This document shows, piece after piece, positions 9,381 to 18,303 of a DNA stretch of 64,000 nucleotides. The notes beneath the pieces were generated by a model that had not been told where the DNA came from, ran no database searches, and saw only the letters and a list, made by a program, of their open reading frames with translations. The first letter of the stretch is position 1. Each line of letters opens with the position of its first letter. Source of the stretch: a virus; the IMG/VR virus record IMGVR_UViG_3300021420_000022, positions 28,393 to 92,392 of that record; one strand, written 5' to 3'. Position numbers and translations under genes: made by a program.

Positions 9381-10778
9381 TTAGTCCTCGAAAGCAATAC
9401 GAGGATTCGATGGGGCCGCCGGAGGTGCCGGAGGAACGTTAGGCGGCGAGTCCGGTAGGTTCAACAGAATGATTTCAACTTGAACATTCTGCCAAACAAC
9501 TGAGCCGTCCGTCGTGTTTCCGTTCAAAACTGTCGAAAACGGTGGACGTACCGATCCGGAAATGCCCGAAGTCTTCACCAGCTGGAAATTCAGTCCGTCA
9601 AATATAATCTGACCAGCGGTATACTTCGTATTTGGCGTCCAAAGTCCAGCAAACGGGCTGGCGAGCATCATGACGACGGAATCTGTGTCCAACGTCACTG
9701 CGCCAGTGCGAGCCAGAGCTCGACCATTCAGGTCTACGCCTGTCGTAATCGTGATAGACGCCTGCGCGAGGATGTTTCCGGCGAACTGGGTGTTCGTTCC
9801 GAATGTAGCGGAACTCCCAACGATCCAGAAAACGTTATTCGCTTGCGCTCCGCCAACCAAAACGACCGCGCTGTTGTTCGTCGCGGTAGTAAGGGTGGAA
9901 CCGATCTGGAAAATCCAGACCGCGTTCGGATTTCCTTGAGCGTCGAGGGTCAACTGACCTGTGATCGCCAAAGAACTTGCGGAATTATAGACGCCCGGGG
10001 CCAGTCGCTGACCGCCGATGTCACCAGACAAGGTAACAGCGCCGGTGCGCGACATACCGTCAGCAAAAGCATTAGTCAATGCGTTCTGCGCGGCAGCGGC
10101 AACGAAGTCACCGGGATGGAAAACGCCCGAGATCGATGCCGGGAAACCAAATCCGGTGATCGACGTGCCGGGGAAAACGCCAACGTCGCCATTTACGACG
10201 GTAGCGCCCGTGTTCGTGACGGTCGATCCGGCCAAAACACCGAAGCTAGCCAACGCTGACATAGTCAACGGCGCGGGAGTTGGGGCAAACGGAACAGCCG
10301 GAGTGAAGACCTCGACTGAGTCCTTGCTCTCAACACCATTCAAAACAGTTGTTATTTCGTAGACATACGCTTGCCCGGGGACAACCGTGCTGTCGTAGAA
10401 ATACGGATTGAGCTGAGCCAAAGCGCTACTGCCTGTTTCAGCGGCACCGCTAGGATTCGTTACGGTAATCGACGTGGCCGTAGAAGAAATAACCTTAAAC
10501 GAACCGTTGTTTACCGAGTTAGAACAACCAGAAATCGTGATAAGCAAACCGACGTAAGCGTCATCTGACGCGCCGTTCGGAATCGTACCGTTGTAGGTTG
10601 TCTGCGAGCCGTTCAGGACCGCGTTAACCGAGGCCAACGAGAACGGCGGAAGCTGTGTTATCAAGGATGCGTTCAACGGAGTCGCTGACTCGTTGCCTGA
10701 CGCTGTACCTCGATAAATATTCCAGCCGGAGACCGGAGTTACGCTCGGGTCCCAAGTTAGAATGATCTCATTTTGCAT
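9381..10778 (-). CDS. DUF3494 ice-binding-family protein with FN3-like and small carbohydrate-binding-like modules
   Basis: FGVLAGSTVTNTG.TVVNGDVGV.PG, L.PGVY, LTLDAQGNPNAVWIFQIGSTLTT, AQANNVFW.VGSSAT.GT...F.GNILA..SIT, GRALA..GAVTLD. Confidence 0.9.
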   Translation of the reverse strand: MQNEIILTWDPSVTPVSGWNIYRGTASGNESATPLNASLITQLPPFSLASVNAVLNGSQTTYNGTIPNGASDDAYVGLLITISGCSNSVNNGSFKVISSTATSITVTNPSGAAETGSSALAQLNPYFYDSTVVPGQAYVYEITTVLNGVESKDSVEVFTPAVPFAPTPAPLTMSALASFGVLAGSTVTNTGATVVNGDVGVFPGTSITGFGFPASISGVFHPGDFVAAAAQNALTNAFADGMSRTGAVTLSGDIGGQRLAPGVYNSASSLAITGQLTLDAQGNPNAVWIFQIGSTLTTATNNSAVVLVGGAQANNVFWIVGSSATFGTNTQFAGNILAQASITITTGVDLNGRALARTGAVTLDTDSVVMMLASPFAGLWTPNTKYTAGQIIFDGLNFQLVKTSGISGSVRPPFSTVLNGNTTDGSVVWQNVQVEIILLNLPDSPPNVPPAPPAAPSNPRIAFED

Positions 10779-10980
10779 CTTATGTCTCCTTTGAATAGGG
10801 CCTCTTTCGTGAAAGGTGTCTTCTTTAAGACACCTTCCTCCGAAAAAAAAAAAAATCAGAGGTCTTACTTAATGCCACTTACTTGTAACGCCTGACCGAT
10901 GCGTTCGCCTGACTGATGCGAAAAGTAAATGATTCTTTTCAAAGGAGCCACTGCTTCTCAAATCATGATGCGAAAACAAA

Positions 10981-11715
10981 TTATTGCTCTAAAGCTTTTA
11001 AGTTCGATCCCTGAACAGGATATGAATCCATCGGCAATGTGTACATCTTGCCGTCCTGATCGAGGTGAACTGGAAGAACTCCTCCGTGCGCCAGAATCTT
11101 AAATCCGGCGTCGGTTACTTTCTTACAAAAATACAAGTCGTCGGTGCCTTCACGATGACCGAGAGACATATCCTCAGTGCCAACTCTGATCGTTTGATCG
11201 ATTGGCGTCTCGTGTGGCTCAAAAAACCAAGGCTGCGAGATAGATTTGAACACTTCCGTCTTAATCATCGTGCATCCGAGCCCCAATCCTTGGCACTCGA
11301 ACACATCGCCAATCTTCCACTGCCAGAAAGGTCCTCCGCCTATTTCCTTAAAGACTAACGGGCTCGGCATATCCTCTTTCGTGCAATAGATGCCGCCACA
11401 AATCATCGCGTTCAAATTGTTTGCTAACTGAAAGTGCAAATACTTGAGAGCAAAATTCGGGCAACAAGTATCGTCATCGATGAAACACAGGTACTCAAAA
11501 CCCGCCGAAATCGCTTTCTCGACAACCTTGGTTCGATTGTCTGCGCGATCTACGCCAACCGGCTTGGGGTTGTTTTTATCACTGACCGCAACGATCCAGC
11601 CTATGTTCATACCTACTGGACCATTAATCGAAAGCATTGGCAGCGTCAAGCTCCAACGAATATCTGTTTTTCTACCACTGCTTATAATGCCTACTGCCAA
11701 TCCTGCCATAATCAC
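10981..11715 (-). CDS. GT-A fold (family 2-like) glycosyltransferase
   Basis: FIDDD (DxD), G.GCTMIK..VF, PWF, TDDLYFC motifs. Confidence 0.8.
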   Translation of the reverse strand: MIMAGLAVGIISSGRKTDIRWSLTLPMLSINGPVGMNIGWIVAVSDKNNPKPVGVDRADNRTKVVEKAISAGFEYLCFIDDDTCCPNFALKYLHFQLANNLNAMICGGIYCTKEDMPSPLVFKEIGGGPFWQWKIGDVFECQGLGLGCTMIKTEVFKSISQPWFFEPHETPIDQTIRVGTEDMSLGHREGTDDLYFCKKVTDAGFKILAHGGVLPVHLDQDGKMYTLPMDSYPVQGSNLKALEQ

Positions 11716-11719
11716 CTAC

Positions 11720-14269
11720 TCAGACAAAGAAGACTCCGCCAGTAACTGCGACAGCGGTGGTTCCGTTCTCTACCGTCGTAGCTGCGAATCCGATTCCTGT
11801 AGAAAAGTTCATTAAAGCAAAAGCACCGATAGGTATGGTTAACGTCGCTGAAGCTGGGATTGCAAACGCCATGACGACCGCTGTCGTCCCCAAAACTGGT
11901 GTGCCCGACGTATTAAAAAATTCAGCAAACGTAACTGCGGCTGCGCTGTTCGTTAATACCACGCCGTACAAGTTCCCCGCTGTCGCTTTCAAATTAACAG
12001 CCGCGCCGCTGGCGTTTACAAATTTTGGAGTACAAGCTGCCGCCGCTGGAGACGCGGGAGCATGCTCTGTCCATACGGCATTCGTTGACGCTGCGCCCGT
12101 ATTGATCGCCGAGTCCAACGTCGCTGCTGCGTTGCCAACAATCCCAACGAGCTGCGTGCCAGCTGCCGCCGTATTCATGACGTGCGAGCCGACGAGGGGC
12201 TGGACAACCAACGATGTATCTGTCGCTGCCGCCGCAACTGACGCGGCCTTGACAGTCAGTACTGTAAAATTCGTGCCGCCTGCGACAGAGCCGCCACCAA
12301 CCATCAGACCGTTGGTCGGAACTGCTGAGCCATTAGCCTGATCGAGCGTTGCTGCTGCGTTGCCGACTATGCCGACAAGTTGTGTACCTGCAGCCGCCGT
12401 GTTCATCACGTGACTGCCGACTAGGGGCATCACTACGAGCGCGGTATCTGTGGCCGCTGCCGCTGTGGACGCCGCTTTAACGGTCAGGACAGTAAAGTTT
12501 GTGCCGCCCGCAACAGAACCTCCACCAACCATTAACCCGTTGGTGGGGACTGCGGAACCGTTCGCCTGATCTAAGGTCGCGTTCGCGTTGCCGGTGATAC
12601 CGACTTTCTGAACGCCCGCCGCTGCGGTAACTGTAGCTGTGCCTGCGACCGACGACAAATCCGTTTTCAGTGCGGTCGTTCCGACAATCACTCCAGCTTT
12701 CGTCGTGCCGTCAGTGATCGATGCAAAAAGTCCGTTCGTGACAGAACTCGTGACGCCGAGGACACCGACGACGTTCACATCCTGAACGCCAGCGGCTGTC
12801 GTCGTCTGATTACTGCGCGCCCGAGTTCCGGCAACGTAAATATCTGAACTGGTGCCGATGACAACGCCGGTCGGCGCTGTGCCGAATGACTGCGGAGTTC
12901 CGAGAACTGTGGACGCAACCTGAGTCAGGTTGTCAACCCACGGGCTCGTCGACTGTGTGACCGCTACCGTGCCGGTGATCGTCGTCGACGTTAAAGACAC
13001 AACCCAAGGTGAAGTACTCTGCGTAACTGCTAAGGTCGCGTTCCCAACTGTAACCGTGCCACCAATCGTGACTGTGGATTCGCACGCGGCAGCTTGGGCG
13101 ATGACGCCCACTGCAACTGTGCCAGTGCCTGAAATAACCGTACTCAAACGGACACGAAATTGAACCCAGCCTGAGACATCAAAACTATAGCCTTGATTAA
13201 CGCTCTGCTGTAGCGTGTACGTCGAACCACTAACAAAAGATTGTTCTTGAGCGCCCTGAATCGGATACCAGTTAGTGCCTGCGACCGTGTCACTAACTTC
13301 AAAAGTGACTACGCCGCCCGTGATCGTCGTGCCTTGGTTCAGGCTAACCGCTACAGTGTTATAACCGATGACCGTCAAAGCCAACGCGGTATTTACCGTG
13401 GTCGCGGAAGTCCATGACGCGGTCGTTTCGGCAAGTTGACCGCCAATGACTGGCCATCCTGCAGTAACTGCGGCTGCGGTGCCCTGATTCGCTGTAAGCG
13501 AACCAGAATCAACTATGACGTGCTGCGGAGCCGTGAAACTAATAACCCACGGCGAAGTCTGCTGCGTAACACCGACGTTTGCTGCAATACTAACCGGTTG
13601 CGTTGCCTGAAAGAATGTGCCGGTGACCGCTATCGAAGCATTCGATACGTCCACCAAAAGATTCTGAGAAGGATCAACCTTAAGCGCACGAATTTTTGAG
13701 TTGACGCTGTCCCAGCCGCTGGCGAGCGTGCCCGTGGGGGTTGCCCCGGAGGCCGCGTTGTCTGCGTACTGAACTCCACCGCCGCCACCGCTATCAACGA
13801 TGACGTGCTGGGGCGCTTGAAAGCTGACGACCCACGGAACAGTTCCCTGCGTAACGCTACCACCACCGCCACTGCCACCTGAGCCCTGCGGCATCGAGGA
13901 GGCGATAGAAGCGTAGACGTTAAAGGAGGTTCCGCCAACGAACGACGTGCAGTTCAGCCGGTATTGGCCGGTTGCCGAGCACGGGAAGTAGGTGACCGGA
14001 CTCGTTAACGGGGTCCACGTCCCGACAGTTTGAAACTGCGGCGTGCCGGAGAAAGTGATCGGAGACCACTCTAGATTGATCGCTAGGCCGGTAAAGACGC
14101 CAACAATATCTGTGATCGCGAGCTCGAAGACCGCCGGATACAACTGACCGGGGTAATTGTTCTCTCCTGCCGAGTCGTGCGCGAATGTTGTTGCACTTGC
14201 ACCGACGCCCGTCGAGGAAATTACCAGAATTGGATCGGCGTTGCCGGGAATCTGAACGATGCCTGACAT
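11720..14269 (-). CDS. Long Thr/Ala/Val/Gly-rich fibre or decoration protein
   Basis: 849 aa, beta-rich, repeated VTQ.TSPWV motifs and a tandem 76-aa duplication. Confidence 0.65.
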   Translation of the reverse strand: MSGIVQIPGNADPILVISSTGVGASATTFAHDSAGENNYPGQLYPAVFELAITDIVGVFTGLAINLEWSPITFSGTPQFQTVGTWTPLTSPVTYFPCSATGQYRLNCTSFVGGTSFNVYASIASSMPQGSGGSGGGGSVTQGTVPWVVSFQAPQHVIVDSGGGGGVQYADNAASGATPTGTLASGWDSVNSKIRALKVDPSQNLLVDVSNASIAVTGTFFQATQPVSIAANVGVTQQTSPWVISFTAPQHVIVDSGSLTANQGTAAAVTAGWPVIGGQLAETTASWTSATTVNTALALTVIGYNTVAVSLNQGTTITGGVVTFEVSDTVAGTNWYPIQGAQEQSFVSGSTYTLQQSVNQGYSFDVSGWVQFRVRLSTVISGTGTVAVGVIAQAAACESTVTIGGTVTVGNATLAVTQSTSPWVVSLTSTTITGTVAVTQSTSPWVDNLTQVASTVLGTPQSFGTAPTGVVIGTSSDIYVAGTRARSNQTTTAAGVQDVNVVGVLGVTSSVTNGLFASITDGTTKAGVIVGTTALKTDLSSVAGTATVTAAAGVQKVGITGNANATLDQANGSAVPTNGLMVGGGSVAGGTNFTVLTVKAASTAAAATDTALVVMPLVGSHVMNTAAAGTQLVGIVGNAAATLDQANGSAVPTNGLMVGGGSVAGGTNFTVLTVKAASVAAAATDTSLVVQPLVGSHVMNTAAAGTQLVGIVGNAAATLDSAINTGAASTNAVWTEHAPASPAAAACTPKFVNASGAAVNLKATAGNLYGVVLTNSAAAVTFAEFFNTSGTPVLGTTAVVMAFAIPASATLTIPIGAFALMNFSTGIGFAATTVENGTTAVAVTGGVFFV
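12132..12588 (-). repeat. Tandem 228-bp (76-aa) intragenic duplication
   Basis: NA.ATLDQANGSAVPTNGLMVGGG...AAAGTQLVGIVG occurs twice with 4 aa differences. Confidence 0.85.
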
Positions 14270-14272
14270 CGC

Positions 14273-14530
14273 TCACTTCCCCGCTAACTTAGCCCGTAGC
14301 GTACTCGCGTCGTAATGAATCATGTCCCGAAAAACTCGGGCGTCGTGCCGGATCATGATCTCGCTCTTGTTGACCATCTCATCGAGATGAATGATGACCA
14401 TTTTCCGAAGAGCTTGCGCATCTGCCGTCAACGGTAAAAACTTGAACACATTGAACTGACGAACTACGAAGCCGGAAATAAAGAATCCCAGCGCCCCAAT
14501 CGAGGCCATGATGTAGGGGAACATGATCAC
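14273..14530 (-). CDS. Hypothetical membrane-anchored protein
   Basis: N-terminal TM helix. Confidence 0.55.
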   Translation of the reverse strand: MIMFPYIMASIGALGFFISGFVVRQFNVFKFLPLTADAQALRKMVIIHLDEMVNKSEIMIRHDARVFRDMIHYDASTLRAKLAGK

Positions 14531-14778
14531 CCAATTGTTTCTTTGTATTCGTCCAGAACGCCAAGCATAAAATTCAGGGCGTCTTCGCGATTCGAGATCG
14601 AGACCCGAACCAGTTTAATGATTGCTTCCCTCAAATCTGCTTCGGTAGGAAAGACAACGTGGAGTCGATGCGCTGGACAAAAAGCGCCGTCGATCAAGAG
14701 CTCTACCTTCGACCCCAGAAATTTGTTGAGCGTTATTGCGCGGTCAGGATATTCCGCGATGCGGCTGTCTTTGATCAT
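14527..14778 (-). CDS. Hypothetical protein
   Basis: Likely start MIKDSRI, ATGA overlap. Confidence 0.5.
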   Translation of the reverse strand: MIKDSRIAEYPDRAITLNKFLGSKVELLIDGAFCPAHRLHVVFPTEADLREAIIKLVRVSISNREDALNFMLGVLDEYKETIG

Positions 14779-15053
14779 TTGACGAGCTCCGCGAGCGCCG
14801 CTTTCTTCTCGTCGAAAGCTTGCGTCCGTGTGGTCAACTCTACTTTCGCCGCGTTCCAATCTTCTTCGATTTGAGCGATGCGATCTTTCGCCGTATTGAG
14901 CGCCGCTTCAGCGTCGACGAAATTCTTAGACGCGATCAGCATCGGATGAACGGTGGCTCCGATTACGACGGCTTCAGCGACTTTAGAGACGGGACTTGAG
15001 GATCGAAATCCAGCGATAAGACTCTCGACTGCGTCAGATGCGACTGCTGACAT
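14775..15053 (-). CDS. Coiled-coil hypothetical protein
   Basis: Start MSAVASD after AGGAGG. Confidence 0.6.
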   Translation of the reverse strand: MSAVASDAVESLIAGFRSSSPVSKVAEAVVIGATVHPMLIASKNFVDAEAALNTAKDRIAQIEEDWNAAKVELTTRTQAFDEKKAALAELVK

Positions 15054-15067
15054 GCTGCCTCCTAACT

Positions 15068-15388
15068 TCAGAAAAATTGTCGTCCGTATTTCGTTTGTGC
15101 TGCTTTGAAAAAGCACTTGTAAAATTTGTCGCCGTGACCATGCGATCCGGAAACCAAATGTGCGATCTCGTGAATCAAACACGCGCCGGTTAGAGTGCGC
15201 GAAAATATCATGCCATTGTGCATGCGCATTGTCGCGCCTTCGGAGCCATACCTGTTGCCGTACGGGCGGACCCAGCCAAGGTCTTTCTTCATGCGCTTAA
15301 AGCGAAGGCGAATGCGTCTTGGCGGAGTCCAGTGAAATGCTTTCTTGCAAATCTCGTCACACAAGCCCCGAAGTTCGTTGTTTTTCAT
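15068..15388 (-). CDS. SprT-like zinc metalloprotease-domain protein
   Basis: LIHEIAHL...HGHG..F motif. Confidence 0.7.
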   Translation of the reverse strand: MKNNELRGLCDEICKKAFHWTPPRRIRLRFKRMKKDLGWVRPYGNRYGSEGATMRMHNGMIFSRTLTGACLIHEIAHLVSGSHGHGDKFYKCFFKAAQTKYGRQFF

Positions 15389-15512
15389 TAGGCCGCCTCG
15401 GGTGCGCGCCAGCGGCGCAATACTTCACGTGACGCTTGCAAGCCGACCAGTGCGGGAAATCTGTGCGCCCGCAATGCGGACACTTGGGCGCGATGGGCTG
15501 CGGAGGAGTCAT
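15357..15512 (-). CDS. Small zinc-finger protein
   Basis: CPHCG...RHVKYC; 51 aa, below the track cutoff. Confidence 0.45.
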   Translation of the reverse strand: MTPPQPIAPKCPHCGRTDFPHWSACKRHVKYCAAGAHPRRPNEKQRTSGLV

Positions 15513-15739
15513 TAAGCGCCGGGATTTTTCCCAAACATCGTTGAGAATTTATTCACTCCGTACGGACCGAGAATAAATGTCGACGCCCCGCCCATCACAG
15601 TTACGTCGGGCATCGTATGAGTCGGCCAATACGAATGCATCATTAACGATATCACTGCGCCAGCGTGGATGTACGTCAAAATCCGAGCGGAAGAGATCGA
15701 GCCGTCCGTCTCGCTAAACATATTTTTTAGAAAACCCAT
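15512..15739 (-). CDS. Two-TM holin-like protein
   Basis: SISSARI motif, two TMs, PYGVNK end. Confidence 0.55.
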   Translation of the reverse strand: MGFLKNMFSETDGSISSARILTYIHAGAVISLMMHSYWPTHTMPDVTVMGGASTFILGPYGVNKFSTMFGKNPGA

Positions 15740-15796
15740 AGCGAACTCCCCGAAGCACGTATCGGATAAGGTGTCGACACGGTCGTCACTTCTGAA

Positions 15797-16216
15797 TCAA
15801 TTTACTGTCGCCACAGGCTCGGTAGCGGAAGCGCCGGGAGGCGTGGGTCCGGCGGCCTCGATGCGGTACACGTTATAGATTGCACCCGGCGTAAGCGAAG
15901 CTATCCAACTAAGCGTGACTGTGTGTATCTTCCCGTCATTTGGGATGTCTGCGGGATTACTCACGAGGGGCGCGGATTCTCCAATGATCGGTTGACCCGA
16001 CGTATTTAACCCGCACGGTCCAGCGGTGGCTGGCGCTACTGGCTGCGCGCAAAACGAGGTAATCTGATATTCGTAGACCGCGCCGTCCGTTACCGCCGTG
16101 TCGATCTGCGAAAGACCGTTGGTGGATGCAATCTTGGTATAGCCTGTGGTGGCTTGCGCGAACACACGCCACGGAAAAAACAGAAGCAGCCCGATAAAGA
16201 GAGCGCGTTTCATCAC
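15797..16216 (-). CDS. Secreted FN3-like protein
   Basis: Signal peptide; VTLSW.AS...YNVYR and DTAV..G..YEYQIT motifs. Confidence 0.6.
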   Translation of the reverse strand: MMKRALFIGLLLFFPWRVFAQATTGYTKIASTNGLSQIDTAVTDGAVYEYQITSFCAQPVAPATAGPCGLNTSGQPIIGESAPLVSNPADIPNDGKIHTVTLSWIASLTPGAIYNVYRIEAAGPTPPGASATEPVATVN

Positions 16217-18303
16217 AGTCTCGGCTGGCGGCCGGGAACCAGACCGTTGCCGCCGCCTGTTACAAACTCTAAAGCTCCGTCGCTGGGAGGGCTGTGGTAC
16301 GGCAGTCCGTTGTAGTCGTTCGTTAGTCCGCCGATGGCAACGCCTGCATATTTGGCGGGACTGCTAGAAGTTATGTTGAAGTTGAAATTATCCAGTAACG
16401 ATTCTTGTAAAAAACTCTGCAACGGCTCGTTTGTGAACAGAGGGTCACTTACAGTCTCACCAGCAAAATCCCCCGCACCACAGGCAACGCCCTCGTTCGA
16501 TTGCGGGGAACATGATGCGGCCGTGAATCCATAATAAACATTATTAGTGCGTGTGGTCCAATAGGAATCGTGAGTCACGCCAAAGCTTAGATTGCACGAC
16601 GTATAGCAAAAGACTCCTATTTGCTGGCCTGCCACGACTGGATTGTTGGGGTCGGTATAGCCCAAGAAAATGTTGTTCCGCATGATGCGCGGACCGCCGT
16701 TGCAGGTGTTCCCAGCTTGGGTAATGTTCACCGTTAGCCCAGTACCGTGCCCTCCACTGGTGGTCTGATTGGTTGTACCGCTAGTGAAAAAGTAATTGCC
16801 TCCAGTTGTCAGCGACAAACCTGTAACAACGCCGCCGCTCACCGAAGTCACCGTGAACGTGTCTCCCAACGCGGCATTGGTGAACAGATAGACCACATCG
16901 TTGACTTGGTAGCCGGTGCCCCCGTTATTAATGGCAACCGTCGCTATTTGATTGCCACAGGAAAAGTCCCCTCCAGTTTTTGTACTAGCCATCACGAAGG
17001 AGTTATTGTCCATCTCTATGGAGCCGGCGACTGGCCAGTAAAACTGCATGGCGGCTCCGTCTGCTCGGCACGGGTCAGCGAAATACTGGTTGTAGTTTGC
17101 TGGCGCTCCAGTGAACGCAACGGCTAGCCGATAGCAGTTGGACATTATCAGGTTGTTCTGCATCAGCACAGAGCCAGAAGGTTGCGATGAAAGTTTGATT
17201 GCCACCCCTCCATTTCCGTACCAAATCGAATTTCTAATCGTGTGAGAGGCAACGTAGGTATGAGGCCCAAGATAGCCATCTTTGGTGTTGTAGCGCACGA
17301 TGCAGTAATTGCAGATGAACGAAGAAAGAGCGGCATCCTGACCGCTCCACGAATCCCCGAATCCACCCGTACTCTGGCTGTAGCAAGACACTGCGGGATA
17401 GGTGTCTACAATGGGATATTCTTCGTTGCAACCATTCCACTCCATTGTGACGTACTCGTTGTCTACACTGGCGCTGGTGTCGTTCAGATGGTTGTCGCCA
17501 TTGTCAAAGTCCCAACCGGCAAAACCGTTGAACGCGATTCGAACACGATTCAGAGTGATATTCGGTCCAACGAATCCTCCAATACCGGTTTCGACCAGGC
17601 CGTGAATGTTCATGTCCTGAAGCAAGATGTCGTGTGGAATGATAACTATGCAACAGCCTTGGCCCAATAGGATGCCTTTAACAGCGTAGTCGTCATAGGG
17701 GATAAAGTTTTGGCAACCCGAAGGGAACGCAGGCGAACCAGTGAGGACGCAATTTGAGTGATCGGTTATCTCGATGCACTCCATGTCCACAAAAGCAGTG
17801 TTTGAAAGACTCCAAACATAATTTTGGCCGAAGCCACCGTAGAGTTGTGTCTCGGCCGAACTATTTGTGCAGTTGGCGTAATTCTCCCCGAGAAAGCGCG
17901 TATGCTGACCAGAGGTTCCGGCTGGAGGGCTTGGGGAATAGCATAGATAGGGCACGCCACCGCCACATCCCCAGTTGTTGAACTTCCCAGTGAGAGTTCC
18001 GTTGGTGGCCCCTGTTCTCCAAGGGCCGCCACGAATGATGACGGTATCTCCGCCCGAAATAGCCCAACTGCCAGCGTCGCTCCCATCCGCCCACAAATAA
18101 CGCACATCGCCAAAGGCGCACGGTTGGTTCGTCCCGCTACCAGGATCGGCGGCGTCGTGTTGACCATCGCATCGTCCGGCAGGTGAGTTCGCGGCGTTGT
18201 AGCGAGAACCTCCGTCGTTGCGAACATACCAAGTGGTTGCGTGCGTCGAGATTGGGATTACAACCAGCAAAGACAGCGAAAGCACTCGCACAATCGTTCT
18301 CAC
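16213..18303 (-). CDS. Secreted Cys-rich right-handed beta-helix (pectin lyase-like) protein
   Basis: Signal peptide then ATTWYVR; Asn/Gly-rich beta-helix repeats; C-terminal DPLF...SPA..AG...D.GALE. Confidence 0.7.
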   Translation of the reverse strand: MRTIVRVLSLSLLVVIPISTHATTWYVRNDGGSRYNAANSPAGRCDGQHDAADPGSGTNQPCAFGDVRYLWADGSDAGSWAISGGDTVIIRGGPWRTGATNGTLTGKFNNWGCGGGVPYLCYSPSPPAGTSGQHTRFLGENYANCTNSSAETQLYGGFGQNYVWSLSNTAFVDMECIEITDHSNCVLTGSPAFPSGCQNFIPYDDYAVKGILLGQGCCIVIIPHDILLQDMNIHGLVETGIGGFVGPNITLNRVRIAFNGFAGWDFDNGDNHLNDTSASVDNEYVTMEWNGCNEEYPIVDTYPAVSCYSQSTGGFGDSWSGQDAALSSFICNYCIVRYNTKDGYLGPHTYVASHTIRNSIWYGNGGVAIKLSSQPSGSVLMQNNLIMSNCYRLAVAFTGAPANYNQYFADPCRADGAAMQFYWPVAGSIEMDNNSFVMASTKTGGDFSCGNQIATVAINNGGTGYQVNDVVYLFTNAALGDTFTVTSVSGGVVTGLSLTTGGNYFFTSGTTNQTTSGGHGTGLTVNITQAGNTCNGGPRIMRNNIFLGYTDPNNPVVAGQQIGVFCYTSCNLSFGVTHDSYWTTRTNNVYYGFTAASCSPQSNEGVACGAGDFAGETVSDPLFTNEPLQSFLQESLLDNFNFNITSSSPAKYAGVAIGGLTNDYNGLPYHSPPSDGALEFVTGGGNGLVPGRQPRL

